DNA of 64,000 bases from Amoebidium appalachense. Its lineage: Eukaryota > Protista > Ichthyosporea. Shown piece by piece: positions 1 to 14,150 of the stretch. The notes beneath the pieces were generated by a model that did not search any database, was not told where the DNA came from, and worked only from the letters and a program-made list of their open reading frames with translations. Numbering within the stretch: the first letter of the stretch is position 1; each line of letters opens with the position of its first letter. The stretch lies in the NCBI GenBank assembly GCA_963693365.1, contig CAVNZM010000008.1, forward strand, positions 3,749,572 through 3,813,571, given 5' to 3'. Both the position numbers and the translations under genes were made by a program.

Positions 1-41
1 CCCCCCCTCCCCCCCCCCCCCCCCCCCCCCCCCCCCTGCAG

Positions 42-782
42 GTCTATTCTAAAGAAACAGATCCAACATGCAGCGGAGATGGGTTTTACGGCCAAAGCCG
101 CCTCCGAGCTCGAGTACTATGTGTACAAGCAGGGGTACAGACAGGCACGGGCAGGAGAGTACAAGGTGTGTACTGATTAATAGAAAAGAATGTGTGTGTG
201 TGTGTGTGGATGGATGGTTGGGTGGGGGCTTGTGTGAGTATGTTTTGAGGGAAGGGAGGTATGTGTTTAGTGTGTGTGTGGATGCATGCACGTGTGTGTA
301 TGTCAGTGTGTGTGTGCATGCATGTGTTTGTGTGTGTGTGTGTTTGGGAGGGGAGGAGAGGAAGGGGCGAGGGGGGGGGGGGGGAGGGGGGAAGGGGGGG
401 AGGGGAGTGCATGTGTGTGTGTGCATGTGTGGGTGTGGGTGTGTGTGGATGTAGTCGTATGCTGTGTAATTACACGTGACACACGTTCGGCTTGACATGC
501 ATGTGCACGTGTTCGTGCACGTGCCATACACGTACGAGGACCTTACACTCACACTAGCATGGGTGAGCGCGCAAGCAAGAGTACACGATTCACCAGAAGC
601 ACCAATTCACTTGGACGCACACACATGCAGAAACGTATACCACACCCTCTCGTTTGTTTACTCACACATGTCCTTCTCATACCTCGGCCAATAGCCACCA
701 ATCAGTGCACGTGTCATGCTTTTCAGTATGCTCATTTCCATGTCTCATGGTGTTTAATTCTTGTTTTACCCCCCCCAGCCCC

Positions 783-862
<80 letters not shown>

Positions 863-1644
863 CACATACACACCCTTCTTTTCCTTCCTCCTCTTTTTTT
901 TTTTTTTTTTTTTTTTTTGCCCAGGGTCTGGAGCCGATATCGGACTACGTGCAGGACTATTCGCTGCTGCAGGCTGCACGTGAGGAGCAGTACCACGCTG
1001 CATTCAGGTGTGTACGTGTGTGTGTGTGTGCGTGTGCGTGTGTGTGCGTGTGCGTGAGTGTATGGGTGGGTGTGGGTGGGTGGGGGGTGGGTGGGTGTGT
1101 TGGTAAGTGTGTGCGCGTGTGTGGGTTTGAACCTCTTTTGTATCCACATAGGCTTTGATTTGTGTAAAAATGTTTGTGGATGGGCTGTCGTGTGGGTAGG
1201 TATACATCTTAATTTATATGGAACATCAGCGATCACACCACCTTTTTCACCGTCGAATCAACAAGCGCAATATTTTCCATCGCCTTATATATATATGTTT
1301 TATCGAGAAATACACGCTGAGCGGTTCACGCCGATTCGTGTTGCTGAATTCCTTAATGACAACTAACATAGATGCCACGAGAGCCAAACCAGTCTTTCCA
1401 TAATCTTATAAAAGCAATTGTTCTCTTAGCATCATAGAAACCACGTTTTTTGTTTACATTTCACTGCTTGCACACAGGCGCCACCTCAAGAACAGCGGTG
1501 TTCCCGTCGAGACCACCAAGGGGGAGGCAGGAAAGGGTCAGCACGAACTCAACATCGAATACACAACGATCATGTATTTTGCCCCTCCCCCCTTCCCCCC
1601 CCCCCCCCCCCTCCCCCCGCCCCGCCACCCACCCACCCACGCAT

Positions 1645-1704
<60 letters not shown>

Positions 1705-2368
1705 TGGTGTTAAGGTCTATGTCGGCCTTTCTCAATTATGACGTATTTATAACGTAATTTATAATAAACATGATGTCATTGATGATGTCACGAAGTTAAT
1801 AATGACGTCACCGGATCATGCACATGGTGGCTCACGGGCAGCAGAAGCCGATAAAACTGAGCGCACTGATTGGTAATTGCCATATCTGAAATGTTCGTTT
1901 TAGGAAAGTGGACATGGATAAAAAACTACATCAGAATCGAGAAACCCCGACATAGTCGTTAACCAGACACGATTACACTGCGTATGTCAAACACACACCC
2001 TCTGGTAGCAAGAGAAGCGAGAACACGAAACACGCAAATGCCCTTTTGAAATATACTGGGAGCTTATTCAAATATCTGCAGCCACACACAAAAAATGCTC
2101 ACGGTAGTGCTTGTGCAATGAGACATAAACGTCCGCGCGGGCACGCACACCGCACGCGCGTACACGCACAATTACACGAAAATGCTTGTTTTTCCAAAAG
2201 TACACACACACAACCCACACGTACACACATCCATACTCAGACTCAAATATACACTCCTCTTTACGTGTGCACGCACCCGAACCCACCCACACAGACACCC
2301 ACACCCACACACACACACACACACACGCAACACACACACACATGCGCACGCGCACACACACACACGCG

Positions 2369-2456
<88 letters not shown>

Positions 2457-2470
2457 GATATGGCAGACAG

Positions 2471-2549
<79 letters not shown>

Positions 2550-2663
2550 GATATGGCAGACAGGCACACGGTGTACAAGCAGTGCCTGAAGGAGGTTGCC
2601 GACCAGTTGGGTGTCTCCCTCACGTTTATGGCCAAACCCCACGGAGACCAGGTGTGTGTGTGT

Positions 2664-2708
<45 letters not shown>

Positions 2709-2874
2709 AGTGTGCGTGAGTGTGTGTGCGTGTGCGTGCGTGTGCGTGCGTGCGTGTGTGTGTGCGTTTTTGTTTGTGTTGTTGTGTGCGCGCACGTGGG
2801 TGGGTGGGTGGATTGGTGTGGTTGGGGGCGGGTGGGTAGAGATAAGGGCCGGAGGGGTCGTGTATGTGTGTATA

Positions 2875-2948
<74 letters not shown>

Positions 2949-3093
2949 TTCGTGCATGTTTGAGCATGTGTGTGTTGGTTCATTTAAATTTGGGTATTAA
3001 TATGTACACCTGTATGGGCAGGGAGTAGTTATGGCCAGTGTGCTTTCGTGTGCATTCATGTGTACCACAGTCCACATTTTCTTTGTGAAATAT

Positions 3094-3138
<45 letters not shown>

Positions 3139-3461
3139 CTTGCTTGGTCGACACCACAGATTTTTAAAGGAATCCTTACTCTGGCATTACTTGTTCATGA
3201 AATCTTGGTTATATTCGCCTGTGTGGGCGATAAATGTAGATGTACAATATTCGTTATAGGTACGTAATTACTAACTAGTTGCCGTCGACAATATCAGAGC
3301 GGGTCCTCTTGCCATCTGCACATTTCTTTGTGGAATGCCGACGGTACCAGCGCATTCTATGATCCAAAGTAACATCCCCCCTCCCTTTCCCAACCCCCCC
3401 CCCCCCCCCAATTCCCACAAACCCCTCCACGCTCCCTCCGGAGCATACACACACACGCGCG

Positions 3462-3512
<51 letters not shown>

Positions 3513-4973
3513 TCCCCCCCCCCCCCCCCCAAACACCCCAAACACCCCAACCCCGCCTTTCCTTCCCCTCGCTTTGCCCACCACTTTCCTCTTGTTCTTT
3601 CTTGCCACTCTTCGTGTAGGCCATGCACTCCGAACTCCATATTTCAGCTTAACCTAGTCATTCGGATGCTCAAACCTTCAACCACAAATCCACATCAATT
3701 CAAGTCTTCTTTTGGCTCTGGCTGTACACCACCTTACGCACACGCACATGCACGTGCCCGTGTACTCCCTACATACAAAAACACACTGACACACATGGAC
3801 TCGTCCACACGTGCGCGCACCCGCACCCACACGCGCACCCACGGATATGCGCACGGAAATGCACATGCACATGCGCACGCACAGGCATGCCACACACGCA
3901 TGAGCGCACGTCCACGCATGCGTTTGCATGCACGTACAATCCCCACGCACCAATACATTCACCGACCCACCTGTGCTCACACCCTTCCTTTCTTCCCTCA
4001 CAGCGCGAACTGGAGCGGTTTGCCAGCAACCCCCACATTCCGTTATTTCCTGGGGGGTCTCATTGCACACACACCCAACATCATGCCATTTTACGCCCCA
4101 ACCATCAACTCGTATAAGAGATTTACCGAGGGATCATGGTAAGACCCCCCCCACTTCCCATGCATTTCGGCAGACAGACACATACATGGATTTCCCATGC
4201 TTTGCCTGGTGTGTGTGCTCATCGAGAGGGATTGTGTGTTCGTGTGTGTACGTGTGGCACAGCACCCCCATACACCCACACACACGTGCACACACACACG
4301 TGCACACGCAGGCACACAAATATCCCCATACATGCACATGTCCACACATCACACACGTCCACGGACACGTTAACAAGGTACACCCAAAAAAGACGGATCT
4401 GCACTTTTCCTGGGCTAAACCCTGTGATATGTAAGTCACTTTTGAGTGGCTTAGCCCAAAGTCAACCCGGTATTGTGCACACAGTATCCATGTCCGTGTA
4501 GTGGTAATGCGCACCGGTTTTTATGTTTCAGAAGGCGTCTTTTCTGACACGCTTGCCATTCACATTATCCTCACACGAATGTAAGTATATGCGCCCATGC
4601 TTCTGCCACTTTGCCGCACACAACTCTTTTATTACATATTCACACGTCCACACATACAATCACACCCACTCGCTCGCTCACTCACTCAACTCAATCACAT
4701 ACACACACACACGTACACGTACACACACACACACACGTACACACATGCACACACGTACACACACACACGTACACACACAGGGCACCTACCCGACTTGCCT
4801 GGTGCCATGATAACCGCACTGCCGGTTTCCGTGTAGTTGGGGAGGGCCCAGCCATGCGCATCGAAGTCCGCATTCCTGGTGCAGACGCAAACATCTATCT
4901 GGCCCTGGCATCGGCACTTGGTATATTCCCGTCGTCCCCCCCCCCCCCCCCCCTCCTCCTCATCCTCCTCTCC

Positions 4974-5060
<87 letters not shown>

Positions 5061-6169
5061 ACACCAAAGCATTACCATGTCCACTCCAGCCCTCCTACAC
5101 CAGTCCCTTTCTCTCCGTAGCTCCTCCACTTACATGCTACTTTGCGTCGTTGATTCTTTTCTCTTAAGTTCTCTAAGCCCATCACCCCACCTCACACCCT
5201 CCCCCCCCCCCCCCCCCCCCCCCCGGGGCCTCCCTCGGCAGTCGACCTAGCCACCCCATTTTGTTTTACATCCAACGCTCTTCTGTTCGTTTCCGATTGT
5301 CTTCAACAATTTGCTCCGTGCTTTTGCTGACTTTCTTTCCTGATGACATTGCAGCGTGTGGACTGGACGGTGTGGCAAACAAAATCGAGCCACCCGAACA
5401 GTTTGTGGGTGACGTGTACAGTTCGCAAAAGCTTCCACGGGTTGCTAGAAGCCTCGGAGAGGCTGTTGGAAGGATGGATGGGTCGGAGTTTCCGCGGAGG
5501 GCGTTTGGGGAGATGGTGGTACAGCACTACACCAACTTTTATGCTCATGAGCAGGCGGAATATGACAAACAGGTGTGTGTGTGGGTGGGTGTAGGGGGAT
5601 GGGGGGGGGGGGTAATCAGTGGGAGGAGGGGGGGGGAGGAGGGAGGGGGGGGGGGAGGGGGGGGGGAGGGGTGCGTGTGTGTGTGTAGGTGGGGGTGTAT
5701 GTGTGTGCCCGTGTGTATGCATGGCCACATGGGTGTTTGTGCATGGCTGTTTCGTGCAGAGGCTCATGTGCTTGTGTATGCGTGTGTTTTGTTTTTATGT
5801 TTTTTTTTTGTTGTTGTTTCTGTTGTGTGTGTGCCTTGGGGGAGGGGGGGGGGGGGGGGGGGGGTTGTTCATGAAGATGTGTACGTGTGTGATCAGTCTG
5901 CATGAGCGCTATGGGTTCTTGCATTTTTTATTATTTTTTTTTGTGTGTGTGTGGGGGGGGGGGGGGGGGGAGGGGGGTTACGTGCAAACTCAAGTAAATG
6001 TCCCCGCCCACTTACCCGTGGGTACGCACGAAAGTGTGTATATATGTTCCGGTATGTGTGTGTGTGTATGTGACGTGATGATTTTGGCTTGTACTCAATG
6101 CCGCATGCTGTTTCAATTGGTTCACAGGTCACGGACTGGGAGATGGCCAGATATTTTGAGCGGATTTGA
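42..6169 (+). CDS. Glutamine synthetase-like protein (GS type I, GlnA4/PuuA-like gamma-glutamyl-amine ligase), 5'-truncated by window start; 9 exons visible
   Basis: Hand-spliced GT-AG exons 42-165, 925-1007, 1478-1573, 2549-2651, 3298-3368, 4004-4138, 4781-4920, 5355-5572, 6128-6169 join in phase with no stop: ...[95 protein letters not shown]. These are the metal/ATP/glutamate-binding motifs of the GS catalytic domain. Confidence 0.93.
2453..2569 (+). repeat. Duplicated exon start/3' splice site embedded in a (CA)n array
   Basis: CAG|GGATATGGCAGACAGGCACAC occurs at 2453 and again at 2546, separated by (CA)n; acceptors are 93 nt apart. Confidence 0.85.
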
Positions 6170-7470
6170 TTGGTCGGCGGGGCATGTATCGACCAATCAT
6201 CGATAAAAGCAATAGAGGTCGTGAACCCATTGAAGACATAGACTGGATATGCACAGCTCGAAGGCGTATATTTGGGCACTGTGTACTAGTTTATTTTTTG
6301 TATATAAGTTTTTATTTTATTTTATTTTTTTCTGGGGGGGAAGGGGGGGGGGGGGGGGGGGGGGGGGGGGGAGTATTGATGTCAGGCATCATGTTGTGTT
6401 AGTAGAATCTTGTAAGATCGTTATGATCTGCCAGTAGCGTGTATTTATAGTCATGATATATGTATTGCCGTGTATGTTGTATGTTGTAAAGGGATAGTTT
6501 GTGTGTGTACGCGCAGGGGTGCCCTAGGACACTGTGTGTGTGTTTGGTTTGTATGTATGTAGTTATATTACGCGGACAGCTGTGTTTTACTTTCTCATGA
6601 AACTTATCCCGAGTACATAGATATTTTTATACACTTATGGCCAAATATATAGAGATAGACTAGTTATATGGAGAGTACGTATATACATAGCCTGTGGCAC
6701 AATCAAGTGTAGTTTCTTTCATACGCGAGACTAAGTGAGGTCGAGCCAAGTACGTTGTGTAGCTAAAATTTACGCAGAATAGGGCTTGCATGTCGTTGCG
6801 GCCCCGGCCCAAAAATAAACAAGAAACAACTTGATGTATTGCGTGACTACTAGGCACACAGAACACACCTTGTAGAAGGGGCAATGTGTTGCAGTACCCG
6901 TGCATTTTGACACGAGCAAGATGGCAATCGACCAATTCTATCCCCCCTGCATGTGTACACTCTCCCCCTTTCCCTTGCCTTTTTTGCCCCCCTTGCTGAA
7001 CATAAAACTTTGCTTAGCCTAGCAGGGGAGCTGAAAAATAATTAGTGTAAAAGGGGGGCGGAAAAAAGCAAAAGAGGAAACTTTCGTGTCACATTTACCG
7101 CACGCATCTGTGAGTTCCATCAAAACGACACGGCGTCGACAACACAGCAAGTTCTACGGCATGAATCCACACACATACACCCAGACACAATATCTTGGCA
7201 CACCGGCAATAAACACTTCGTAAACCCCGCTACATATAAGAAAAAATGAAGTCGTATTCCTGCTTTGAAAATCCCTTTATCAAACTGGAAAAACAACCAC
7301 AACTCCAGTCATAGAAAAGGGATGTTTAGCACACAGTATGATGTCATATGCGAGAACTGTTTGCACTCAACGCTTCCATGGTGACACAACCACCTTCACC
7401 CGCGTTGACGGACCCACAAGGATTTCCTGCAACCCATACCACCGCGTTTAAGATAGAGGTCCACCCCCCC

Positions 7471-7526
<56 letters not shown>

Positions 7527-7755
7527 TTGGGGGGGGGGGGGGGAGGGGGGAGGCTCTATCTGATTCATGATGATTTAGTTACCTTGCTTGGCTGCACTGT
7601 ACGTGTACTGTATCATTCCGCACGGCAGTTTATGCGCCAGGGGGACCCAGGGTTTGTGGTGTCAATCCTAAACGCACACCGTACACACATTTTTACGTTC
7701 ACATTGACTGTGGCAAATCGATAATTATATCCTCCTCAGGGTTTCTCTCTCTCTC

Positions 7756-7833
<78 letters not shown>

Positions 7834-8655
7834 ACCATCCGGGCTGGCAAGAACCGTAACCTCAGGACCAGCAGAAGACCTTTTCAAGCTTGCAATTCTA
7901 GTCCTATTTATCGGATGACATAATAACTGCGCACTGGGAGACTTTGACACGTTGGCTAACATACTGGTTCCACTTGTTTCAAATAACACAACATTCTATT
8001 AACTATGAAGCCCTCTGTATGAAGGGGCCAACTTGTTTTACTAATAAGTCTTTTAATCTAACCAACAAAGTCAAGGAATTAGCATATTACAAAAAGGGTA
8101 GCATCATCAGTCATTTAATGATGGCGTTGGGGAAGAAATAAAATAAAATAAATAAAAGAAAAACTAAGGTAGTTCTGCAACGAACATAACCAGCTCATGA
8201 TGATAGTGATGTAATAATAATAATAATAAACAAGCCTTCATTCTACTACAGCACTGGTAAGAAGCATTACGACATAAACTCAGGGAACAACAGCCTAATA
8301 GAAGCCTGATAAATCTCGAACAGCTGCAACCATACTTGCTGTGTGAATCTATTTGAACTTGTTAAGTTATTGTTTTTTTTTAATAAATCACTAGCGGCAT
8401 ATTTCTTCATAGTCTAGTATACAACAGATAAAACCACATCACTAAATTAGCAACAGTGCCTAGTCAACTGGGGGCAGGTAAGAGGTGGGAAGGCGGGAAA
8501 GGGCCCAGCTTACTTCCAGGGAAAAAGGAAGGAGAAGGCAGGGGGAGGGAGGCGGGGGGAAGGGGTGAAGATGCAGGAGAGAATTTGAATTAAAAAACCA
8601 TGGCTGGTAAAGGGGAATGTGCATGCCATCTGTGTTCGTGCGTGTGTGTGTGTTC

Positions 8656-8751
<96 letters not shown>

Positions 8752-8882
8752 GTGCGTGCGTGCACGCGCGTGCACGTGTGGTTGTGTGTGTGCGCGCACA
8801 ACACACCTGTGCGCGTGTGCATGTGTGCGCGTGGGATATGTGTTCTGTTTTTTTTTAAAAAATGGGGAGGGAGGGGGGTTGT

Positions 8883-9240
8883 TTAGCTCGCACCCGCCAC
8901 CGCCCTAGCATCATCGCCGCCGTTCACCACCAGCTCAGGGGTCTTTCCCTCCACTTTCGCACTCGAACCATTAACTCCCCCTGAAATCACCGCAGATTGG
9001 GGATTTTCGTTCCCACCGATTGTTTGTTCACTGGAATCCGATTGGTTCGATCGGATCGACAAAGTGCTCGTTCCCTTCTCTTGATGGGGTGTCGAAGTCG
9101 AGGCGAATGTAGATAATTGGTCAATATCGATCGAAGAATTGACTTGCAGGAACGTTGGGGTATAGGCCAGATTGCTCCCGAAGGATGGGTTACGGCTGAT
9201 GGGCTGGTGTGTATGTATGTGTGTGTGTGTGTTCGTGTGG

Positions 9241-9325
<85 letters not shown>

Positions 9326-9336
9326 TGTTCGTGTGG

Positions 9337-9412
<76 letters not shown>

Positions 9413-9747
9413 ATGTGCATGTGTGTGTGTGTGTCTGTGTCTGTGTGTGTGTCTGTGTGTGTGTGTGTGTTTGTGTGTCCGTGCGTGCACTGAGGCATGT
9501 GTGTGAGCGTGCGCCCGATGGTGGAAGAGGGGAGGGGAGGGGGGTGGCGGGGGGAGGGGGGGGGGGGGGGAGGGGGAGGGAGGGGAGGGGGGGGGGGGGT
9601 GGAAAAGAGTAAGTGTAGAGATGGTCAGACAGAGCCGGAAATTATAGGGGAAAGTAGGGGATAGGCAAAAAGGGGCAGCAATATGTAGGCTCAGGCACAA
9701 AACAAAGGAGCTGGTACATTAACATGGGATGCATGTAAGATACCGGG

Positions 9748-9787
<40 letters not shown>

Positions 9788-10132
9788 GCGGGGGAGGGGT
9801 TATGATGAAGTATGCACAGCACAAAAAGCAAAAGCAAAGAAAAAAGCGCACACCAGGCCCCCGGGGAGGGGAGAAGGGGGGGGGGGGAGGGGGAGGGTTC
9901 TTGACGATGAACAAGTGGAATGCACTTAGCTCGGGAGAAAAAAATAAAACACCTGTGTTTGTGTGTGGGGGGGGGGGGGGGGGGGGGGGGAGGGAGGTAA
10001 GGGAGAGGGAGAGGGAGATGGGGGAGAGAGGGGGTGCGAGACACACACACACACAGTCGGATAGAGATGAGAAGGAGTACGTTTTTTTTTTTTTTTTTTT
10101 TTTTTTCCCCGGGAGCGGGAGGGAGGGAGGGA

Positions 10133-10177
<45 letters not shown>

Positions 10178-10569
10178 AAACCTTATCTCCTTGCTCCACC
10201 AGCAACCTGTTCAGTACAGCCTCCAACGTTTGGACTCTCGACTCCATTTTCACAACAGTGGCCTCAAGAAGCTCCACCTGAAAATTAAAAAGTCAAATTT
10301 TGACTATCAAAAATACGGGAATTTTCCATTTGGCTGCTCGTCAACCACTGGGCATCATCCTCTTCCCCATTCCCTCACTCCTCTGCTAAGTCAAACGGGA
10401 AAAAATATGCGACTAAATTGCCCAATTCCTGTTCGGTAGCCATGTTGCACAAGAAGGTGCTAATATTGGTTGATCCCCTCCCTCCCCCCCCCCCCCCCCC
10501 CCCCCCCCCCTTCACACACACACACAACACAACACGCACACAGGCACAGACACAAACATAAACGAAACA

Positions 10570-10655
<86 letters not shown>

Positions 10656-11876
10656 CCACACACACACCATAACCTCACACAGCTTCTCCCATTTTCTGCT
10701 CGTTGTGAATGTAGACAGTGCGCTCATTACACCCACCTTCTTTGAGAGCAGCAGGTTGTCCGTAGAGCCACCGCCCACTTCTGAACTGACTAGTCGCCTG
10801 ACAGCTGTGTAACAGGCGTTAGTTCTGTGGCCCAAAAAGAAAAAAAGGAAAAGAGAAGAGAAAAAGAAGATGACCGCCTCCCCTCCCCTCCCCACCCCTC
10901 CCCATTCTATCTGTCCCCCCCCCCCCCCCCCCTCCCCCCCTCCGACACACACACACACGCTCAACGCCGAACCTTTTAATTTGAAACGCTACCGACCACT
11001 TATCATGACCTCGTGCCTGCATGGTGGCATCTACTGTTTTGTGCGATCGCATCAGTTCGTGTAAGTGTGGTGTATTGTGTGTGTGTGTCCAAGTATCTGT
11101 GTGTGGGTGCATAAGTGTGTGCATGGGGTTAGAGAGAGAGGGAGTTTGTGTGTGCATGTGTATGTATGTGTGTGTGTATGTGTGCACGTGCATGTGCCAC
11201 ACACGCGTGTGTGTGTGTATTCATGTAATCTGCGCACCCACCTGGCTTGGGGCTAGCCGTGCCTGCACTGCTGTCGAATATCTCAAAGAGATATTTCTTG
11301 ATGCGGTCGGCATAGGCGGGGGCATTGATGGTCGATAGCTGCAGGGACATATTTATATCATTAACGATGGAATATATCTACTACATGGATAATATATTGT
11401 AAATGAGCAAGTATCGCTACTGCGTGGATATTTCCGATCAAAGTTCTTGCAAGTCTTAAATTTACCCGTTCGTAACTCGAAGTTTGCCAACACACCAAGC
11501 CGGGAAACGGAAAAGGACAACACAAAAAACATATCTCAGCGACTATCTCTCGTTGTGTCTATGGCAACTGCACTATATATCAATTCTTTGCCCTGGCTGA
11601 TGCCCCGATCGAAATAAAATCCATTTTTCAATTTAAAAAAAAAAAAAAAAAAAAAAAACCCAAAACAAGAAAACAAAACAAAAAAAAAGGCTACGTGCAA
11701 GACTGCATCAGTCCAGCAGCATAATTCCGTTATTTTTCAAGAATAATACGGGATAATGAGTAACCGGGAAGTGCATCTACAATATCAGAGAGCCATACTG
11801 GTAAACCGAGAAACATGGACATGTAGAGATCGGAGAGGAAGGAAAATAAAGAGGATATGAGAGATATTAAGGGGAG

Positions 11877-11913
<37 letters not shown>

Positions 11914-11918
11914 TTTTT

Positions 11919-11952
<34 letters not shown>

Positions 11953-12593
11953 CTTCTATCATTGTAGTGGAGAATAGATGAATGAGGGGTTTTCACGCAC
12001 TTGGTCCTGTGTCCACAAAGCCGACTTGAAAGCATTTGCCGTCTTCTTGCGGAATCCGTATGACGTCAGACAGTCAATGAACCCGATTTGGTACGCCTGG
12101 GGTGGAGGATAGCGTAAAAACTTAGCCTCCACTGTGAAATTTGCCGTTAAATCTTTGTGTGTTGGTGAAAGGTCAGCAACTGTGTACTACCCCTTTAATA
12201 TCAGCAAAAGTTGTTGAAAACGGGAATGGTGTGAAATACACAAATACCTCATAAACCCAGTGAGATCTCGATTTTCGCGGAAGTTTGGTATCCATATTCT
12301 AACCCATACGAGAGAGTCGAGAGACAAAACAATTTACAGCTGCAGACTGGAATACATCACAAAAAAAAATTCCCTGCAAAATTCGAGCTGACTTGCTCTA
12401 GTTGCTGGTGAGATTTATAATGAACACGATCACTGAAAACACATTTTATCGTTGCCACCAGCTGAGAGGAAAAATGAGGGCTCTGGGAGATAACCCGAGT
12501 GTTTATAGTTTTTGCTGTGAAACACATAGACCAGAAAGTGGATGTTAGCAAATTTGACTTTGGCTTTTGATAGAGGAGGAGGGTTGGGAAGAG

Positions 12594-12629
<36 letters not shown>

Positions 12630-13051
12630 GGGAAGGGACTCTCAGGAGAGAGAGCGCGGGCGGAGCGGGGGAGAGAGAGTGAAGGGAGAGAGAGAGAGAG
12701 AGAGAGAGAGAAACAGACAGAGACAGATAGATCGAGAGAGAAGAGAGCGCGCAGGGGGGGGGGGGGGGGGGAGGACAGAGAGAGAGGGAGTAGGGGTACA
12801 CCCAGGTGAGCCTCTGTGGGGAAGGAGAAGGGGCAAGGGGGGAGGGCGGGGGGGGGGGGGGGGGGGAGATGGAGAGAGGGCCCTTGGTGGTTGGGTGGGG
12901 ATATAGGCGGGGCAGGGGAGGGGAGGGAGGGGGGGGAAAGACTTCACACACCTCCTCCTTTTCTGGGGCGGAATTCTTTGTGTACAACCACATGGGTCGG
13001 TCAAAATCTTTTTCGTCCTCCAAGACAGGGGTGGTGACTCCAATCAGCAGG

Positions 13052-13149
<98 letters not shown>

Positions 13150-13165
13150 CCACCCACGCGTCCTC

Positions 13166-13242
<77 letters not shown>

Positions 13243-14119
13243 TGTCATGTCTTATATGTTTGTGTCAGTGTCCTTGCTGGAAGCGGCAGCAACAAGGACC
13301 GCAGAAGACCTTCGGGAGGAGATTGAAGGAGAGGATGGTCAGAGGAGGGTAAACGTGGGGTAAATTAGTAACGGCATAGAAATTGAATTGCCAGGTGAGA
13401 GCGTGACAGTAGGTGGGGGACCGGGAGGGGGTGGGAGGGCATTGGGGGGGAAGGCCCCCGGGGGGGGAAGGGGGGACGGGGGAAAGCAAGGGAGTCGAGT
13501 ATGTGTGTTTATGATCAGAAAGAGACGGGGAGGGGAAGAAAGGGGATGCTAAAGATAAAAGGTCTGGTGGTGTTGGTGGTTGTGGTTGTGGGGTGGTGGT
13601 GGTGGTGGGGGGGGGGGGGGGAGGCTGCTAATAATAGGACGGAGTTGCATAATATGATGTGCAAAGAGGGTGACAGATGAGGTACTGGGGGAGATGAAAG
13701 AGAAGAGCGGAGGGTTGGGGGGGGGGGGGGGGGGGGGGTCTTATAGATTTACCTGTAGTCCATCAGGTTGTTGGCAGCGAAAAATCCAATGTCGTTGCTG
13801 AGACGGGTCAAAAACCCCACCTTCTCTTCCTCTGCAGGTTTAGTGTCAGTGCCGTGTGCATGTGCTTGTTACATGGATTTTCTTCCTGTTTTTCTTTTTC
13901 TTCTCCATCTTCTTCTGTGAAACTGTACGCATACACTGTGTGCAAGCCACACATTGAGCCGTACCCCTATCAATTGTGTATGAATCGTGGTTCCCTTAGG
14001 GCACTTATGGGCTGTAGCCATTTTTAACGTTCTCACAAAAAAGCAATAAATGGAGCTTTCCAACTCATTTTCATTGCTTATTAGACCTTGAGTGGGTGGT
14101 GGGTAATCCACCTCTTTAC

Positions 14120-14150
<31 letters not shown>

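Noticed and set aside
7344-7989. Short non-repetitive ORFs between the converging GS-like and kinase genes
   Set aside because: No recognisable motifs or consistent splice phases; likely UTR/intergenic.
12430-12570. Possible extra kinase exon ([13 protein letters not shown]...)
   Set aside because: Exons 13051-12952 and 12096-12001 already join in phase with the expected motif spacing.
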